A DNA stretch of 64,000 bases from Octopus bimaculoides (lineage: Eukaryota), in the NCBI RefSeq assembly GCF_001194135.2, contig NC_068989.1, positions 81,754,273 through 81,818,272 on the forward strand. Reading direction: 5' to 3'. The position numbers and the translations under genes were made by a program. The number at the start of each line of letters is the position of its first letter. Position 1 is the first letter of the stretch. The notes under the pieces were generated by a model. That model worked only from the letters and a program-made list of their open reading frames with translations. It searched no databases and was not told the DNA's origin. Of the stretch, positions 37,591-52,743 are shown in pieces.

Positions 37591-38713
37591 TAAATTCCAT
37601 AAGGTTTTCTATAAGATCTTTTGCTAGAATTACAACTTACCAACCTGTAAACTATTTCAAACACTCAAAACCTGCTGTCTTTTGATTAATTAGCATGTTT
37701 AAATTTATGTAATTCATCAGCTTATGTCTGTTCTTCTATTTCTAAAAAGCTACTGAACCATTCCTTTCAAAATATATTTCCTCTTGTACATATGTTTAAA
37801 TGCAAATGTGTAGATGTTTAGTGTACCTACCTCTGTTTGTCGCTGATCTTACTTTAAAGTTAAATCTCCCTATATTTCTATGTGGATGCAATGTCAAAAC
37901 TTTGGGTTGATTGCTGTCCATATCTCTGAGCACACAGTCTGTATATTCACCGATATATATATATAGACAGAAATACTGCCATATATGCACCTCTTATACA
38001 GATAAATAAATACTCATATAAACATGACTGTTTACCTGCACAGAGACATATTTTAGACAAGCTCCAACTTTACCACACATACAGACATAATATTAAAGAC
38101 ATATTTATGTACACATGTATGTTCTATGAATGTTGATTCATAGACACGTGTATGGTGACATGGGTATATTCATATACACATGTATGTTGTCTGGCTATGT
38201 AAAGTATAATAAATTTTGGATGGCATCTTCCACATTCAGCCCGTGTTTCAATTTGATTTTCGTCTTACAGTAAAATTTCTTCCATGATGGAAGTCAGCTG
38301 CTCCATGATCAGTCTTTCTCTGTTCACTCATTAATCTTTCATCATTTACTGGGAGCTAGTGAACTTCGTCTGTCATCAATCTCTTGATGACTGAGTTTAT
38401 TCTAGTTTTTATGTTTAAACTGATATTCTTTTTTTACCCTCAATCAAGGAGCATTTTCATTTTTTTTTATCTTGTCTTTTGGCATCCCCAAATAAAATTA
38501 TCAGATTTAAGAGTTTCCTGATGTAAAATATGATTGATGTCTGCTGATGTCCTCCATCTTGGAGTGTTGAGCGTTCAAATTGCAAGGCACTATCCTTTAT
38601 TCTTCTTTATTCCAATTTTCTTTATAACTTAATCATAGTATGTGTGTATGAGAGTGTGTGTGTATGTATATAAATATATATACACACATATATAGATATA
38701 TACATACATATAT

Positions 38714-38767
<54 letters not shown>

Positions 38768-39369
38768 NNNNNNNNNNNNNNNNNNNNNNNNNNNNNNNNN
38801 NNNNNNNNNNNNNNNNNNNNNNNNNNNNNNNNNNNNNNNNNNNNNNNNNNNNNNNNNNNNNNNNNNNNNNNNNNNNNNNNNNNNNNNNNNNNNNNNNNNN
38901 NNNNNNNNNNNNNNNNNNNNNNNNNNNNNNNNNNNNNNNNNNNNNNNNNNNNNNNNNNNNNNNNNNNNNNNNNNNNNNNNNNNNNNNNNNNNNNNNNNNN
39001 NNNNNNNNNNNNNNNNNNNNNNNNNNNNNNNNNNNNNNNNNNNNNNNNNNNNNNNNNNNNNNNNNNNNNNNNNNNNNNNNNNNNNNNNNNNNNNNNNNNN
39101 NNNNNNNNNNNNNNNNNNNNNNNNNNNNNNNNNNNNNNNNNNNNNNNNNNNNNNNNNNNNNNNNNNNNNNNNNNNNNNNNNNNNNNNNNNNNNNNNNNNN
39201 NNNNNNNNNNNNNNNNNNNNNNNNNNNNNNNNNNNNNNNNNNNNNNNNNNNNNNNNNNNNNNNNNNNNNNNNNNNNNNNNNNNNNNNNNNNNNNNNNNNN
39301 NNNNNNNNNNNNNNNNNNNNNNNNNNNNNNNNNNNNNNNNNNNNNNNNNNNNNNNAATATACTATATTT

Positions 39370-39443
<74 letters not shown>

Positions 39444-40212
39444 ATAAAACTGTGTGTGTGATGTGAGCATGTTTGTATTGATATATGTATGTTCTTGCAT
39501 GTATGTCCTATAGACTCGCACGTATGTGTGTGTGTGTATGTATGTATGTATGTATGTGTGGTAGTGACTACTAAATGGTTAGTCTTATCTGATGTGACAG
39601 TATTTACAGTCTTTGCTTCTGTCAATTCCAACAAAGTGAATGGAGACTTTGAAATAGTTCTCACTCATTAAATATGTCAGTAATTAACAGTAAATTAATA
39701 AATTTCCATAATTTGTTGATCAAATCAAGAATATGAATTATCAATTTTTTTTTCACCCCATGTTCCTTCATTTTATTGTAAAAGCATCCCTCCCCCCACC
39801 TTTTACTAACAGTTTCCATGTTGACCTTGTTGTTATGTGGTAAAAAAATAACAATAACAGTTGTGCCTGGAAAACAGATAAGTTAATATTTATTGACATT
39901 AACATATTTGATGACCAACCAATCTTTTTACATATGCTTTGTCATAAATTGTCAAAAAAGAAAAAAAAAATGGGAAAATACCAAGAAAAAACATTTTTAT
40001 TAAAAATGAATAAATATCTTGAAGTATCTAAAAAAAAACAAAGAAAAACCATCAAAAGTTGTTTTTATTGTTGTTATTGTTATTGTCAAAGAAATGTAGA
40101 AAATATTAATGCAAGGTAGAACTACTATAAATCACATATTTTTCCCATTTGACTGAGGGGGCTTCAAAAAAGTGGGTGGTGTAGTTTTAATGGTATGGAA
40201 TGGTGGCTTAAA

Positions 40213-40315
40213 GCAGTGGTTCTCAACTAGGGTCCATATGGCCCTTGTTGGGGATCCATATAAGATTCTGTTGTTAAAAAGTATGTGCAATAAATTGATT
40301 ACACTTCTACTATAC
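40213..40315 (+). mobile_element. hAT-type MITE end fragment
   Basis: cagtggttctcaac terminus; reverse-complement copy at about 34370-34466. Confidence 0.6.
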
Positions 40316-40434
40316 GCAAATTATTTTAAGAATTTTTTTTTTTGATAAAATTCCTAATATGTATATATATATATGTGTGTATATGTATATATATGTATAT
40401 ATAAATGTGTATATGTATATATATATATATATAT

Positions 40435-40603
40435 TGGCGTTAGAATGAGTGGTTGGCATTAGGAAGGGCATCCAGCTGTAGAAACTCTGCCAAATTAGAC
40501 TGGAGCCTGGTGTTGCCATCCGGTTTCACCAGTCCTCAGTCAAATCGTCCAACCCATGCTAGCATGGAAAGCGGACGTTAAACGATGATGATGATGATGA
40601 TGA
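40435..40603 (+). mobile_element. SINE B 3' part, followed by TA/TG tract to about 40900
   Basis: Core plus (GAT)n tail. Confidence 0.85.
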
Positions 40604-40755
40604 TATATATATATGTATATATGTATCTATAAATGTGTATATATATATATATATGTGTATATATATATATATATGTGTGTATGTGTGTGTATATATATGT
40701 GTGTATATATATGTATATATACATGTGTATATATGTATATATATATATATTTGTG

Positions 40756-40898
<143 letters not shown>

Positions 40899-42115
40899 TT
40901 GAAAAAATGAGTAGAGGTGGGTTGGTGGGGTGATAATTTATATTTTAATAATGTTTACAGTGAGTTAGTCTGTTTATGAGTTTCAAGCTTCAAATAGCTG
41001 TTTTCAAACTGAAAAATGTATGTTTTACTGGTTGTTTAAATAGCAAAATACTGAGATAGTAAAAAAAATATGAAAAAAAAAATACAAGAGCATGTCTGTA
41101 GAAGAAGATGAAGAAAAAAAGGGGGGGAAAATTAAATAAATATAAAAATAGTAATTGAGAACATAGGGGGAAGGAGAGTTAGGTAAATCAAAAAGAAAAA
41201 GAAAACAATATTTTGGAGTGGTCAATATTATTAACTTGTCAGAAGATGACCAGTGGGATGCCTGCTGATTTCAGGTCACCTATTCATTCTGTTCTCACAG
41301 GTAGTATGATGTGCACACATACATACACATACATATATGATACTGTACAGAGAACTTTTTTTATATTATTCTACTACAGTATGCTCCGTTGGATGTGTAA
41401 TGTCAATGTGAATACCCGTCAGAGNNNNNNNNNNNNNNNNNNNNNNNNNNNNNNNNNNNNNNNNNNNNNNNNNNNNNNNNNNNNNNNNNNNNNNNNNNNN
41501 NNNNNNNNNNNNNNNNNNNNNNNNNNNNNNNNNNNNNNNNNNNNNNNNNNNNNNNNNNNNNNNNNNNNNNNNNNNNNNNNNNNNNNNNNNNNNNNNNNNN
41601 NNNNNNNNNNNNNNNNNNNNNNNNNNNNNNNNNNNNNNNNNNNNNNNNNNNNNNNNNNNNNNNNNNNNNNNNNNNNNNNNNNNNNNNNNNNNNNNNNNNN
41701 NNNNNNNNNNNNNNNNNNNNNNNNNNNNNNNNNNNNNNNNNNNNNNNNNNNNNNNNNNNNNNNNNNNNNNNNNNNNNNNNNNNNNNNNNNNNNNNNNNNN
41801 NNNNNNNNNNNNNNNNNNNNNNNNNNNNNNNNNNNNNNNNNNNNNNNNNNNNNNNNNNNNNNNNNNNNNNNNNNNNNNNNNNNNNNNNNNNNNNNNNNNN
41901 NNNNNNNNNNNNNNNNNNNNNNNNNNNNNNNNNNNNNNNNNNNNNNNNNNNNNNNNNNNGCATGGAAAGCGGACGTTAAATGATGATGATGATGATGATA
42001 TGTATGTATATTCTACTATATATATATACCATATGTTACATAAGGTTGTCCATCATTTTTTCAGTATGTGAAGAAATGGCTAAATATTGGCCCTGTTTAT
42101 AATTATACCATATGT

Positions 42116-42167
<52 letters not shown>

Positions 42168-42477
42168 TAGATAGATAGATATAGATATATATATAGATAT
42201 ATACATACATACACACGCATTAATACTATATGCTATATGTTTGTGCCTATTTACAGCTAGATGGACTGGACCACATGAAAGATAATTGTCTTATTTAATT
42301 GATCAAAGACTTAAATGGCCACAGGAAACAAATCTCCGACCATTTAATTGCATCTCCATTTCTCTATCAATTTCACACTCCGAGATTCAGATCTAAATAA
42401 ATTTGCTCCATGAGACTTCAGTGGTTATTTTTCGACATGTAGCTGAATATATCACATAGTGTATCATTTGCCTTCTG

Positions 42478-42876
42478 TCTTTGACTTGTTTCACTCATTT
42501 TACTGTGGTCATGCTGAGACACTGCCTTGAAAAATTTTAGTTGAACAAATGCAGCCCACCACTTACTGTTTTTAAAGCTTGGTGGTTATTCTATCAGTCT
42601 CTTTTGCTTAACCACTAAGCTACATAGACACTAACACAACAACACCAATTGTTAAGCTTTGGTGGGGAACAAACTCAGACACAAAGACATACACACACAC
42701 TCATAAATATATATACTATGAGCTTTTTTCAGTTTCTGTCTACCAAATCCACTCACACGGCTTTGGTCAGGTTGAGACTATCATAGAAAGCTATCCAAGT
42801 AGCCACACAGTAGCACTTAACCTGAAACCATGTGGTTGGGAGGTAAACTTTTTATCACACAGTCATGCCTGCACCT
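42478..42876 (-). mobile_element. SINE A (diverged)
   Basis: Reverse complement of family A. Confidence 0.78.
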
Positions 42877-42879
42877 ATA

Positions 42880-44350
42880 TATATACGTAAGTGAGGTTGT
42901 GTGTGTGTGTAAACCTGCATAACTTCTGAAGTTCACAAGCGATTTTCTCCAAACTGGGAACTTAGATTATTTATGTACCAGAGATGGTTTTAGACTCTTA
43001 AAATGTTTCACATAACAAGTAACGAGCCCCCTGGGAGCAGAAATACACTTTCCTGAGTTACATTGAGAAGGGAGGTAACTTTCAGAAATTGATTGTCTCC
43101 CTTATATCCATTAGTCAAAAAATTATCGCAGTTTCAATTGGCTGTGTGAAAGAGCAATACTGACTCCAGTACTGTAAGTAAAATTAATGAGCAGCTGCTG
43201 CAGTACCTTCCCAGCAGTCCTCACATCTATAAGTCACTTGATACAATCCCAGATTCAGAAGAGGTGATAAACTATCCAACAGAATTTCTCAATTCATTGG
43301 AGCCTCCAGGACTACACAGATTAGAATTTACAGTGGGAACTCCAGTAATGTTATTGAGGAATTTGGATCCTGGTGGTAAAGAAGATGATATCACATGTTA
43401 TTGAGGTCAATATTCTCTCTGGATGTGGAAAAGATTTTCATACCCAGAATTCCTCTCATTCCATTGGGAGCAGAAATTCCTTTTTTATTCAGAAGAGTGC
43501 AATCTCCTGTTCGTATCAGCTTTGCAATGTCTATCAATAAATCCCAGGGTCAAACACTGTTCATGGTAGAACTTCAGTTGGAAGAGTCATGCTTCTCACA
43601 TGAGCATTTAAATGTTGGCTGCTCTCGAGTGGGATGTAAAAAAAAATCTTTTCGCATTTGTTCCACAAGGGAAAACAAAAAATATTGTTTACCAAGAGAA
43701 TTTGTAGGATTTACTACATCCTACAATGCACTATGGTATCCACTGCTCTTTGTGGATGGTGAAGATGGATACCATTTTGGCATATTCTCCAATTACTCTC
43801 ACCAACAACGTGGTCAGCCAATAAGCCTTATTACTACATATTCTCAGTTTATGTTTCTTATTCTACAGCCACACCAGCAATCCAATGTCAACCCTTCGCC
43901 TTCTGCATCATTTCAACAGGTCACTTCCCCATTGCTGTCTCCCATTGCAGCTCCCATTTATATACAATATCTCCATTACACCTGCAGCCCCTTTCTGGAA
44001 TGGACCCATTTACGTACAATCTTCATTACACCAACATCCATTTGACTGTCAATAATACAATGGGTTATGTTAGACACTGACCACCGCAAAGAAGAGTATA
44101 TCCACTGATAGCTTTTCAGTGCATTCAAAAATCACATATACCCCACCCCCAATTGTCCATGACAGGTTAGGGCCTGGAATCCTCCAAACAGATGCATGAC
44201 ATATCACTTAGATGAGTTAGCCCATCATTTACTCCACAAATGTTTTGTTGTCAATGCTGCACTTTCCCATATCACATGTTTCAACATAACTGTAATATAT
44301 GCACAAACTATACCATTTTAATCCCAAGCAGTGCTGGGTATCTCTGCTAG
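42880..44350 (+). mobile_element. Rearranged Helitron remnant with intact 3' end
   Basis: YPTEFLNSLEPPG, VMLLRNLDP, FIPRIPLIP, FAMSINKSQGQT, SRVG. Hairpin ccca..tggg and CTAG at 44347-44350 followed by T. Confidence 0.88.
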
Positions 44351-44691
44351 TATAGTATAAATATTTAAATATCATCATTATCTTCTCAAATTCTGCTGCA
44401 TTTCACATGAAGTTTTTGGTCCTTTTAAGTTGTCTTGCTGTATAAGTTGACCTACCATTTTTTGACTAAATTTTAATGTCAAAAATTCGACTCATATGCT
44501 GGAAATATGGTATCACAAATGTGTTGTTCTGCATGTAGTGTTTAAGCAGTAAGTTTTCCCTAAAGCGAGAAATCACAGGTTCATATGGAATAATACATTT
44601 CAGCTCCTAACCTGAACACAATTGCTGACTTGTCTCTTTGTGTCATTACAAGGGGATGGAGTCTCCCTGAATTAAATGGGTTAGTGTTTAA

Positions 44692-44909
44692 CCCTTTAGC
44701 ATTTGAACTGGCCATATCCAGCCCAAATATTCTATCTGGTTATTGTTCAAACCAGCCATATTTGACCTCTCACACCAATGCTACAATCTCATTCTCAAAA
44801 TAAGCAATTACAACATCAAAATTTCAAAGCTATGAGATAATGCATGATTAATTCGAAACTGTGAATAAATAAGCACTACATTTGACAGAGTAATCTGGAT
44901 GTTAAAGGG
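44692..44909. mobile_element. piggyBac-type MITE, complete
   Basis: TTAA|CCCTTTAGCAT...GATGTTAAAGGG|TTAA: terminal inverted repeats and TTAA duplication. Confidence 0.85.
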
Positions 44910-45094
44910 TTAAGTATAGTTTATGAGGAGGCAGTCTAATTACATGTTTTTCTTCATAAAAAATGACTATTTTCTTGGTGGTCAGACCTACACTTCTAGG
45001 TAATTTAAGGTAAGTTGACTTAAGTGTCCACAGTAATTATACAATAAAATAGAATGCAAACTCCTGACTATTTTTCCAGTAGACATGTGATACA

Positions 45095-45260
45095 TCCGTG
45101 GTACCTGTGTTATATCAGTGGTAGTTCGGTTATACTAGTGGTGCTTGAGTTACGTCAATAGTACTTGTGTTATGTCAGTGGTAATTGCCTTATGTCAGAA
45201 GAATTTGGAATACATCAGTGGTACCTAGGTTACATTATTGGCATTTGTATTACATTAGGT
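45095..45260. repeat. Degenerate about 20-bp minisatellite
   Basis: Iterations of agtggtac.tg.gttat.tc. Confidence 0.7.
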
Positions 45261-45342
45261 AGTATATAATTTAAAAGGAATAAATTCATTGAAATTATAC
45301 AAAGAAAAATAAGACAATTGTAAACTTTCTCTATGAATCAGG

Positions 45343-45348
45343 TTTATT
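45343..45348 (-). terminator. Candidate polyadenylation signal of alpha-tubulin
   Basis: AATAAA on minus, 14 nt past the stop codon. Confidence 0.5.
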
Positions 45349-45361
45349 CATGACAAAAAAT

Positions 45362-46507
<1,146 letters not shown>

Positions 46508-46731
46508 TTAGAATTTCAGTAAAGAATATTTTAACAAAATGAAATCTTATTTTTAACAATAAAATTTATAGCAGGGCATCATTTGATTACATATTAACAA
46601 TTATAAATTAGGAACAATTATAAATTAGTAAATTGAAGGAAGTGGCTGAACCATTTAAGTATTCAAAATGGATACTAATTTTATGTTTAATTGTGAGTTT
46701 TCGTAGTTTAATTAACCAAACAATCAGATTA

Positions 46732-47022
<291 letters not shown>

Positions 47023-47149
47023 TCAATTAACAAAAAATAAGAAAATGAGCTAAAAAGAGTGCTTCTATAGAGTTGAGTGAACTGCTAGAAATATCAGCCA
47101 AATCTCTCTCAAAAGACATGTTACAAAGAAGGACTCATTGGTTAGTGTT

Positions 47150-47400
47150 GAGACATTTCTACAGAAAATGAGAGAATAATGAAGGTGAGACTGGTAGGAG
47201 TTCACTAAGGCTCTGTACTCGGTCTCCTATTCATCATAGTCATCCAGGCCATAACACACGGATTTAAGACTGACTGCCCTTGGAAACAACTTATAGTGGA
47301 ATCTGTAGAAAAGATATTCCAAATGTGGAATCAAAATCTGTAATCAAATGACCTTGAAGCTAACTTAGCAAAAATCAAAGTTCTAGTAGGCAGGAAAACA
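47150..47400 (+). mobile_element. RTE LINE RT fragment in tubulin intron 1
   Basis: GVH.GSVLGLLFIIVIQAIT and DLEANLAKIKVL motifs. Confidence 0.7.
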
Positions 47401-47485
47401 GATAGGACTTTAGTCTTTTTTGGAAAAATGGTCCTGCTCAGTATATAGGAAAGATATTGATTGAAATTCATCAGTGCATGAGTGC

Positions 47486-47998
47486 ATGAGTGGCTGTGTG
47501 GTACGTAGCTTGCTTACCAACCACATGGTTCCAGGTTCAGTCCCACTGTGTGGCACCTTGGGCAAGTGTGTTCTACTATAGCCTTGGGTCGACCAAAGCC
47601 TTGTGAGTGGATTTGGTAGATGGAAACTGANNNNNNNNNNTCCAGGTTCAGTCCCACTGTGTGGCACCTTGGGCAAGTGTGTTCTACTATAGCCTTGGGT
47701 CGACCAAAGCCTTGTGAGTGGATTTGGTAGATGGAAACTGAAAGAAGCCCGTCGTATATATGTATATGTATGTATGTATGTGTGTGTGTTTGTGTGTCTG
47801 TTATTGTTCCCCCCCAACATCGCTTGACAACCGATGCTGGTGTGTTTATGTCCCCGTAACTTAACGGTTCGGCAAAGGAGACCGATAGAATAAGTACTAG
47901 GCTTACAAAGAATAAGTCCTGGGGTCGATTTGCTCGACTAAAGGTGGTGTTCCAGCATGGCTACAGTCAAATGACTGAAACAAGTAAAAGAGTAAAGA
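47486..47998 (+). mobile_element. SINE A (10-N gap with duplicated overlap)
   Basis: Near-consensus copy. Confidence 0.9.
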
Positions 47999-48104
47999 GA
48001 GTGTATGTGTGTGTGTGTGTGTGTGTATTGTATGTGTGCTGTGTGTGTGTGTGTGTGTGCATGTATATGTATGTGCATGTCTATACATACATACAATTTA
48101 CAAT

Positions 48105-48400
48105 TTGTGTAAATGTGAAATCCCAAAACGTGAGTTAGTCTTACACCCACCATCAAATATGGACTTCTTGTTTCAGAGAGTTTTCGAAGATAAAGTATTT
48201 TCATGGAAAGTATACAATGTTAATGATATTATACAATCCATAAGAGAAGCATGCCAAGAATTTGATGACAATAAAGAATTCTGTGCTAAAATGTGTTTTG
48301 TTTGAAGAAGCTAGACGACAAGAATGTGTAAATATTGGAAGACAATAATTTGAGTAATTAAGATTGCCTCGGTTGCATTTTGAAAGCTCAAATATTTATA
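48105..48400 (+). mobile_element. Tc1/mariner transposase C-terminal fragment
   Basis: PPSNMDFLF...KVFSWKVYNVNDIIQSIREACQE...RQECVNIG pattern. Confidence 0.6.
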
Positions 48401-48967
48401 TTTTCTTTATCTACTTGTGATAAGTAGGCCATCATTATTGTAACTTAATGAAACTATTGTAATGATTATAAATTTCTATTATCTCAAAGTTTGGATTTTT
48501 ATAAACCCTGTACACCTGTTTATGCATCAGTGCATGTGTACGTGTGTGTGTGTGTGTGTGAGTTGCATGTGTGCTTTGTGTGTATGTGCATGTCTATACA
48601 TACATACACAGTCATCCAGGCCATAACGCAGAGATTAGCTTGTGTAGGTATGGCTATATGTATGTGCGTGTTCGCGCGCGCACTCACACACACACAAAAC
48701 CGAGCAGTTTGTAGTTACCTCCCTTCACATTCAGGAATTCTGCTAAGTCAGCTTTACTTTTTCTCCCTCCACTGTCAACAGAATACATACCAGTTATGTA
48801 CTGAGGTTGAATTAATCGACTATATTCTTCTTTCCCAGTCTCTGAGAAAACGAGGTCACTCGGTTTTCTAAAAATCAGTCCCTATCATCTTGGGAAAGGC
48901 TTCACCGGATGATGACGTGTTGGTCATAGGATGGTTTCGATTGTAGGGTTAAAAAAATTTCTGTTGG

Positions 48968-49410
48968 GTTGCTGTTGGCACTCCGTCGCTTACGATGTCG
49001 AGGGTTCCAGTTGATCCGATCAACGGAACAGCTTGCTCGTGAAATTAACGTGCAAGTGGCTGAGCACTCCACAGACACGTGTACCCTTAACGTAGTTCTC
49101 GGGGATATTCAGCGTTACACAGTGTGACAAGGCCGGCCCTTTGAATTACAGGCACAACAGAAACAGGAAGTAAGANNNNNNNNNNNNNNNNNNNNNNNNN
49201 NNNCTGACCCTTTGAATTACAGGTACAACAGAAACAGGAAGTAAGAGTGAGAGAAAGTTGTGGTGAAAGAATACAGCAGGGTTCGCTACCATCCCCTGCC
49301 GGAGCCTCGTGGAGCTTTAGGTGTTTTCGGTTAATAAACACTCACAACGCCCGGTATAGGAATCGAAACCGCGAGTCCGCTGCCCTAACCACTGGGCCAT
49401 TGCGCCTCCA
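48968..49410 (-). mobile_element. SINE C
   Basis: Reverse complement of 30714-31081; gap 49176-49203 with overlap duplication. Confidence 0.88.
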
Positions 49411-50624
49411 TTCTGTTGGGTAAGATGTTAATATTTTGCACTGTGAAGAGGTTACTACCAACTATAGTGTAGCTAGGGAGAGAAGGTGAGGGATCGTTCC
49501 GCCCACGCAACGCTTTTATGTCTCGGGCAGCACACATTCGAGCTATGTCACTGAGCATCAGAGGGGATGGATGGTAGAATTGGTAAAGGATCAGACAACA
49601 TGTTTTGGTCAGACTTTCGGATTATTTTGAAACTTTTACTTGTTTCAGTCATTAGACTGCGGCCATGCTATGGCACTGCCTTGAAGAATTTTGGTCGAAC
49701 GAATCGAACCCAGTTCTAATATTTTTTAAAGCCTGGTACTAATTCAATCGGCCATTTTTGCCAAACAACTAAGTTATGTGAATATAAAGGCATACCACTG
49801 GTTGTCAAGTGGTGGTGGGGATCACACACACACACACACACACGTTGGTGTCCTGACTAGCTGTCGCAACACCCCAGGCTCTCCACCTCCCGCGCTAATG
49901 CTGTAAATATTTTGGAGTGTCAAATTTTTTTAAAGAGCTCTCCAATTTTTCCTGGTTCGGTGTATCATTGAGGGAGTATTCGTAAGTCCATTTCGAGCAT
50001 TTATTTATTTTTTACTTTTCTTTCTTCATGTTCACACTGTTTACTTTTATAAATTATGTTCTTTAGAAGAACGTTCATGACTGGTATATCTTTAATTACA
50101 AGTCCGTTACCTAAAGTTGTTCTAATAATATAAAATTGTTCAGTCCCAGAAGTGAAGGTATATAGCGTATACAAACATACCTATCTTGCTTTCTACATTT
50201 CTGCAAATACAAAACGGCATACTTACCTAAGTATGCCCCCGCCAACTTTGTTTCGTCATAACTTGCAGAAAAATGGAATACGCTTCATATGGTATAAATC
50301 GGAATATTGTAATTAGTTGTGAAAAATTTCCCCGTGAGTAGAGAAAAAAATTCACAAGAGTCGGCTTATTTCCTCATAACTTTCAGAAAAAGAATAGATA
50401 TTTTTTTAAGAAATTTTCTGCAAATGCCTCTCAGATTGCTATTATATCGGAATTTGATATGAAAAACAAAATATTGGTGGGCTCACATACACCACATCAC
50501 ATATAGCCATCAAATGAAGCATGAAATTTCGAAAAAAAACTTGTGATGTGTGCCAGTATGTACGTGTGTGTGCTCACCATAAATTCCGATTTAATCTGAA
50601 AGATATTCCTAGAAAATTTCATAT

Positions 50625-50990
50625 AGGCATAGGAGTGGCTGTGTGGTAAGTAGCTTGCTTACGAACCATATAGTTCCGGGTTCAGTCCCACTGCGTAGCA
50701 CCTTGGGCAAGTGTCTTCTACTATAACCTCGGGCCGACCAAAATCCTTAAAGCAGCTCGTCGTGTATATATATGTGTGTATGTTTGTGTGTCTGTGTTTG
50801 TCCCCCCACCATCAATCACTTGACAACCGATGTTGGTGTGTTTACGTCCCCGTAACCTAGCGGTTCGGCAAAGCTGAACGAGAGGATATGTACTAGGCTT
50901 ACAAAGAATAAGTCCTGGGGTCGATTTGTTCGACTAAGGGCGGTGCTACAGCATGACCGCAATCAAATGACTGAAACAAATAAAAGAATA
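50625..50990 (+). mobile_element. SINE A
   Basis: Family A head to tail. Confidence 0.88.
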
Positions 50991-51439
50991 TATATATATC
51001 TATATACTTTCCCGTCGAAGGCGTTCTGCTTTTGCCGATCGACCTGCACAAATAATTTGTTTATAGTGATCAAAGGCATGTGCCGTACGTTAGCTCACGC
51101 CTTCGTTTACCCGAACAGGTGCACAGCGCATCAGGTGTCGAAGTGATAGCAGAGCGACGTAAAAATGAAGTGTTTTGCTCAAGAACACAACGCACCACCG
51201 AGTCTAGGAACTGAAATCAAGACCTCGCGAGCGTGAGTGCAATAGTCTAACCACTAGGCCATGCGTCCTCCCATACCCATTTATACACATATTCATGTTT
51301 AGACATACAATCAGATCAAGAAGCGTTTTTCACTGATTCCTTGATGAAACAATTTGCAAGTTACAAAATTTGAAATATATAGAATAACATGCCCTGCCGA
51401 ATTAAAACGCGTCAAGGACTTCTTACAATTTTCTAAGAC

Positions 51440-51501
<62 letters not shown>

Positions 51502-51828
51502 ATTTAGTGAAGGTGCGTGACTTAGTGGTTAGAGTGGTTACACAGATGATCGCAAGGTCGTGGTTGTGATACCCAGACCGGGTGGTGTGTTGTGGTTCTT
51601 GAGCAAAACATTTCATTTCGTGTTGCTGCCGTCCACTCAGTAATAAATGGGAAACCCTGCGACGGACTGGAGTCTCTTTCAGGGGCAAATGTTGGCCTTT
51701 TCCTTGTAGACAGCAGGGTAGCATCATTCGGAAGCTACATGCAACATACCCGTCTCTAAATGGGATGTACTGGACGACACTGCTTCCTCTCTATTCAATA
51801 GTGCACCCTCAGATTTACAGCGATACAC

Positions 51829-52043
51829 TTACTCTTTTACTCTTTTTTTTTCTTTTACTTGTTTCAGTCTTTTGACTGTGGCCATGCTGGAGCACCACCT
51901 TTAGTCGAGCAAATCGACCCCAGGACTTATTCTTTGTAAGCCTAGTACTTATTCTATCGGTCTCTTTTGCCGAACCGCTAAGTTATGGGGGACGTAAACA
52001 CAGCAGCATCGGTTGTCAAGCAATGTTGGGGAGACAAACACAG

Positions 52044-52076
<33 letters not shown>

Positions 52077-52244
52077 CATATATACGACGGGCTTCTTTCA
52101 GTTTCCGTCTACCAAATCCACTCACAAGGCTTTGGTCGGCCCGAGGCTATAGTAGAAGACACTTGCCCAAGATGCCACGCAGTGGGACTGAACCCAGGAC
52201 CATGTGGTTGGTAAGCAAGCTACTTACCACACAGCCACTCCTAC
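51829..52244 (-). mobile_element. SINE A, near consensus
   Basis: Reverse complement of family A. Confidence 0.9.
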
Positions 52245-52557
52245 ACTTATTAAAAACTCCATTCTAGTATTAATACAAATTAGGGGTGACCACCCAGAAT
52301 ATTCTGAAGCACTCCACCAGGCACCAAAATCCGATGACGGGCCTCAGATGTAAGGAAGCGTATTGTGACTAGCGATGTATAAAAACATTTCATAATCTGG
52401 TCAATACAGTAACATACACACACACAAACACGTCTATGTATATAAGTATATTTTCTAGTAATTGAGATCCGCAGACACCTATCAATTTGCAGATCTATTC
52501 AACCCTACGTGGTCACATTAATTAAATTATAATATACCACAGGTAAAATAGACTTAC

Positions 52558-52560
52558 CAT
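52558..52560 (-). CDS. TUBA: alpha-tubulin exon 1 coding part (ATG only)
   Basis: Plus-strand gacttaccat = ATG|GTAAGTC on minus. An intron straight after the ATG is the canonical alpha-tubulin architecture; joining gives MREC. Confidence 0.85.
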
Positions 52561-52734
52561 ATCTGCAGTTTAATTTACTCTAGTTGAAGGTTCTAGATGG
52601 TTTCTGTGACTTGTCTGGGTTGTTGCACACAGGTAAAAATACAGGTGGCGCACACGGATTGAATGAAGCTGCTCAATAGGACTTAATGTGATCCGGCATG
52701 AGTCAGTTATGGCAAAAAACGGCAAACATTAAGC

Positions 52735-52743
52735 TTTATTATA
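52735..52743 (-). promoter_or_regulatory. Possible TATA box of alpha-tubulin
   Basis: TATAATAAA on minus, about 180 nt upstream of the ATG. AT-rich background lowers specificity. Confidence 0.35.

Noticed and set aside
47590-47740. Internal tandem duplication in SINE A (similarly 49140-49240 in SINE C)
   Set aside because: The duplicated segments flank short N gaps, typical of unmerged contig overlaps.
50216-50237. Perfect 10-bp hairpin ggcatactta-cc-taagtatgcc as a regulatory element
   Set aside because: It is short and lies at the edge of repeat-like sequence; nothing else supports a function.
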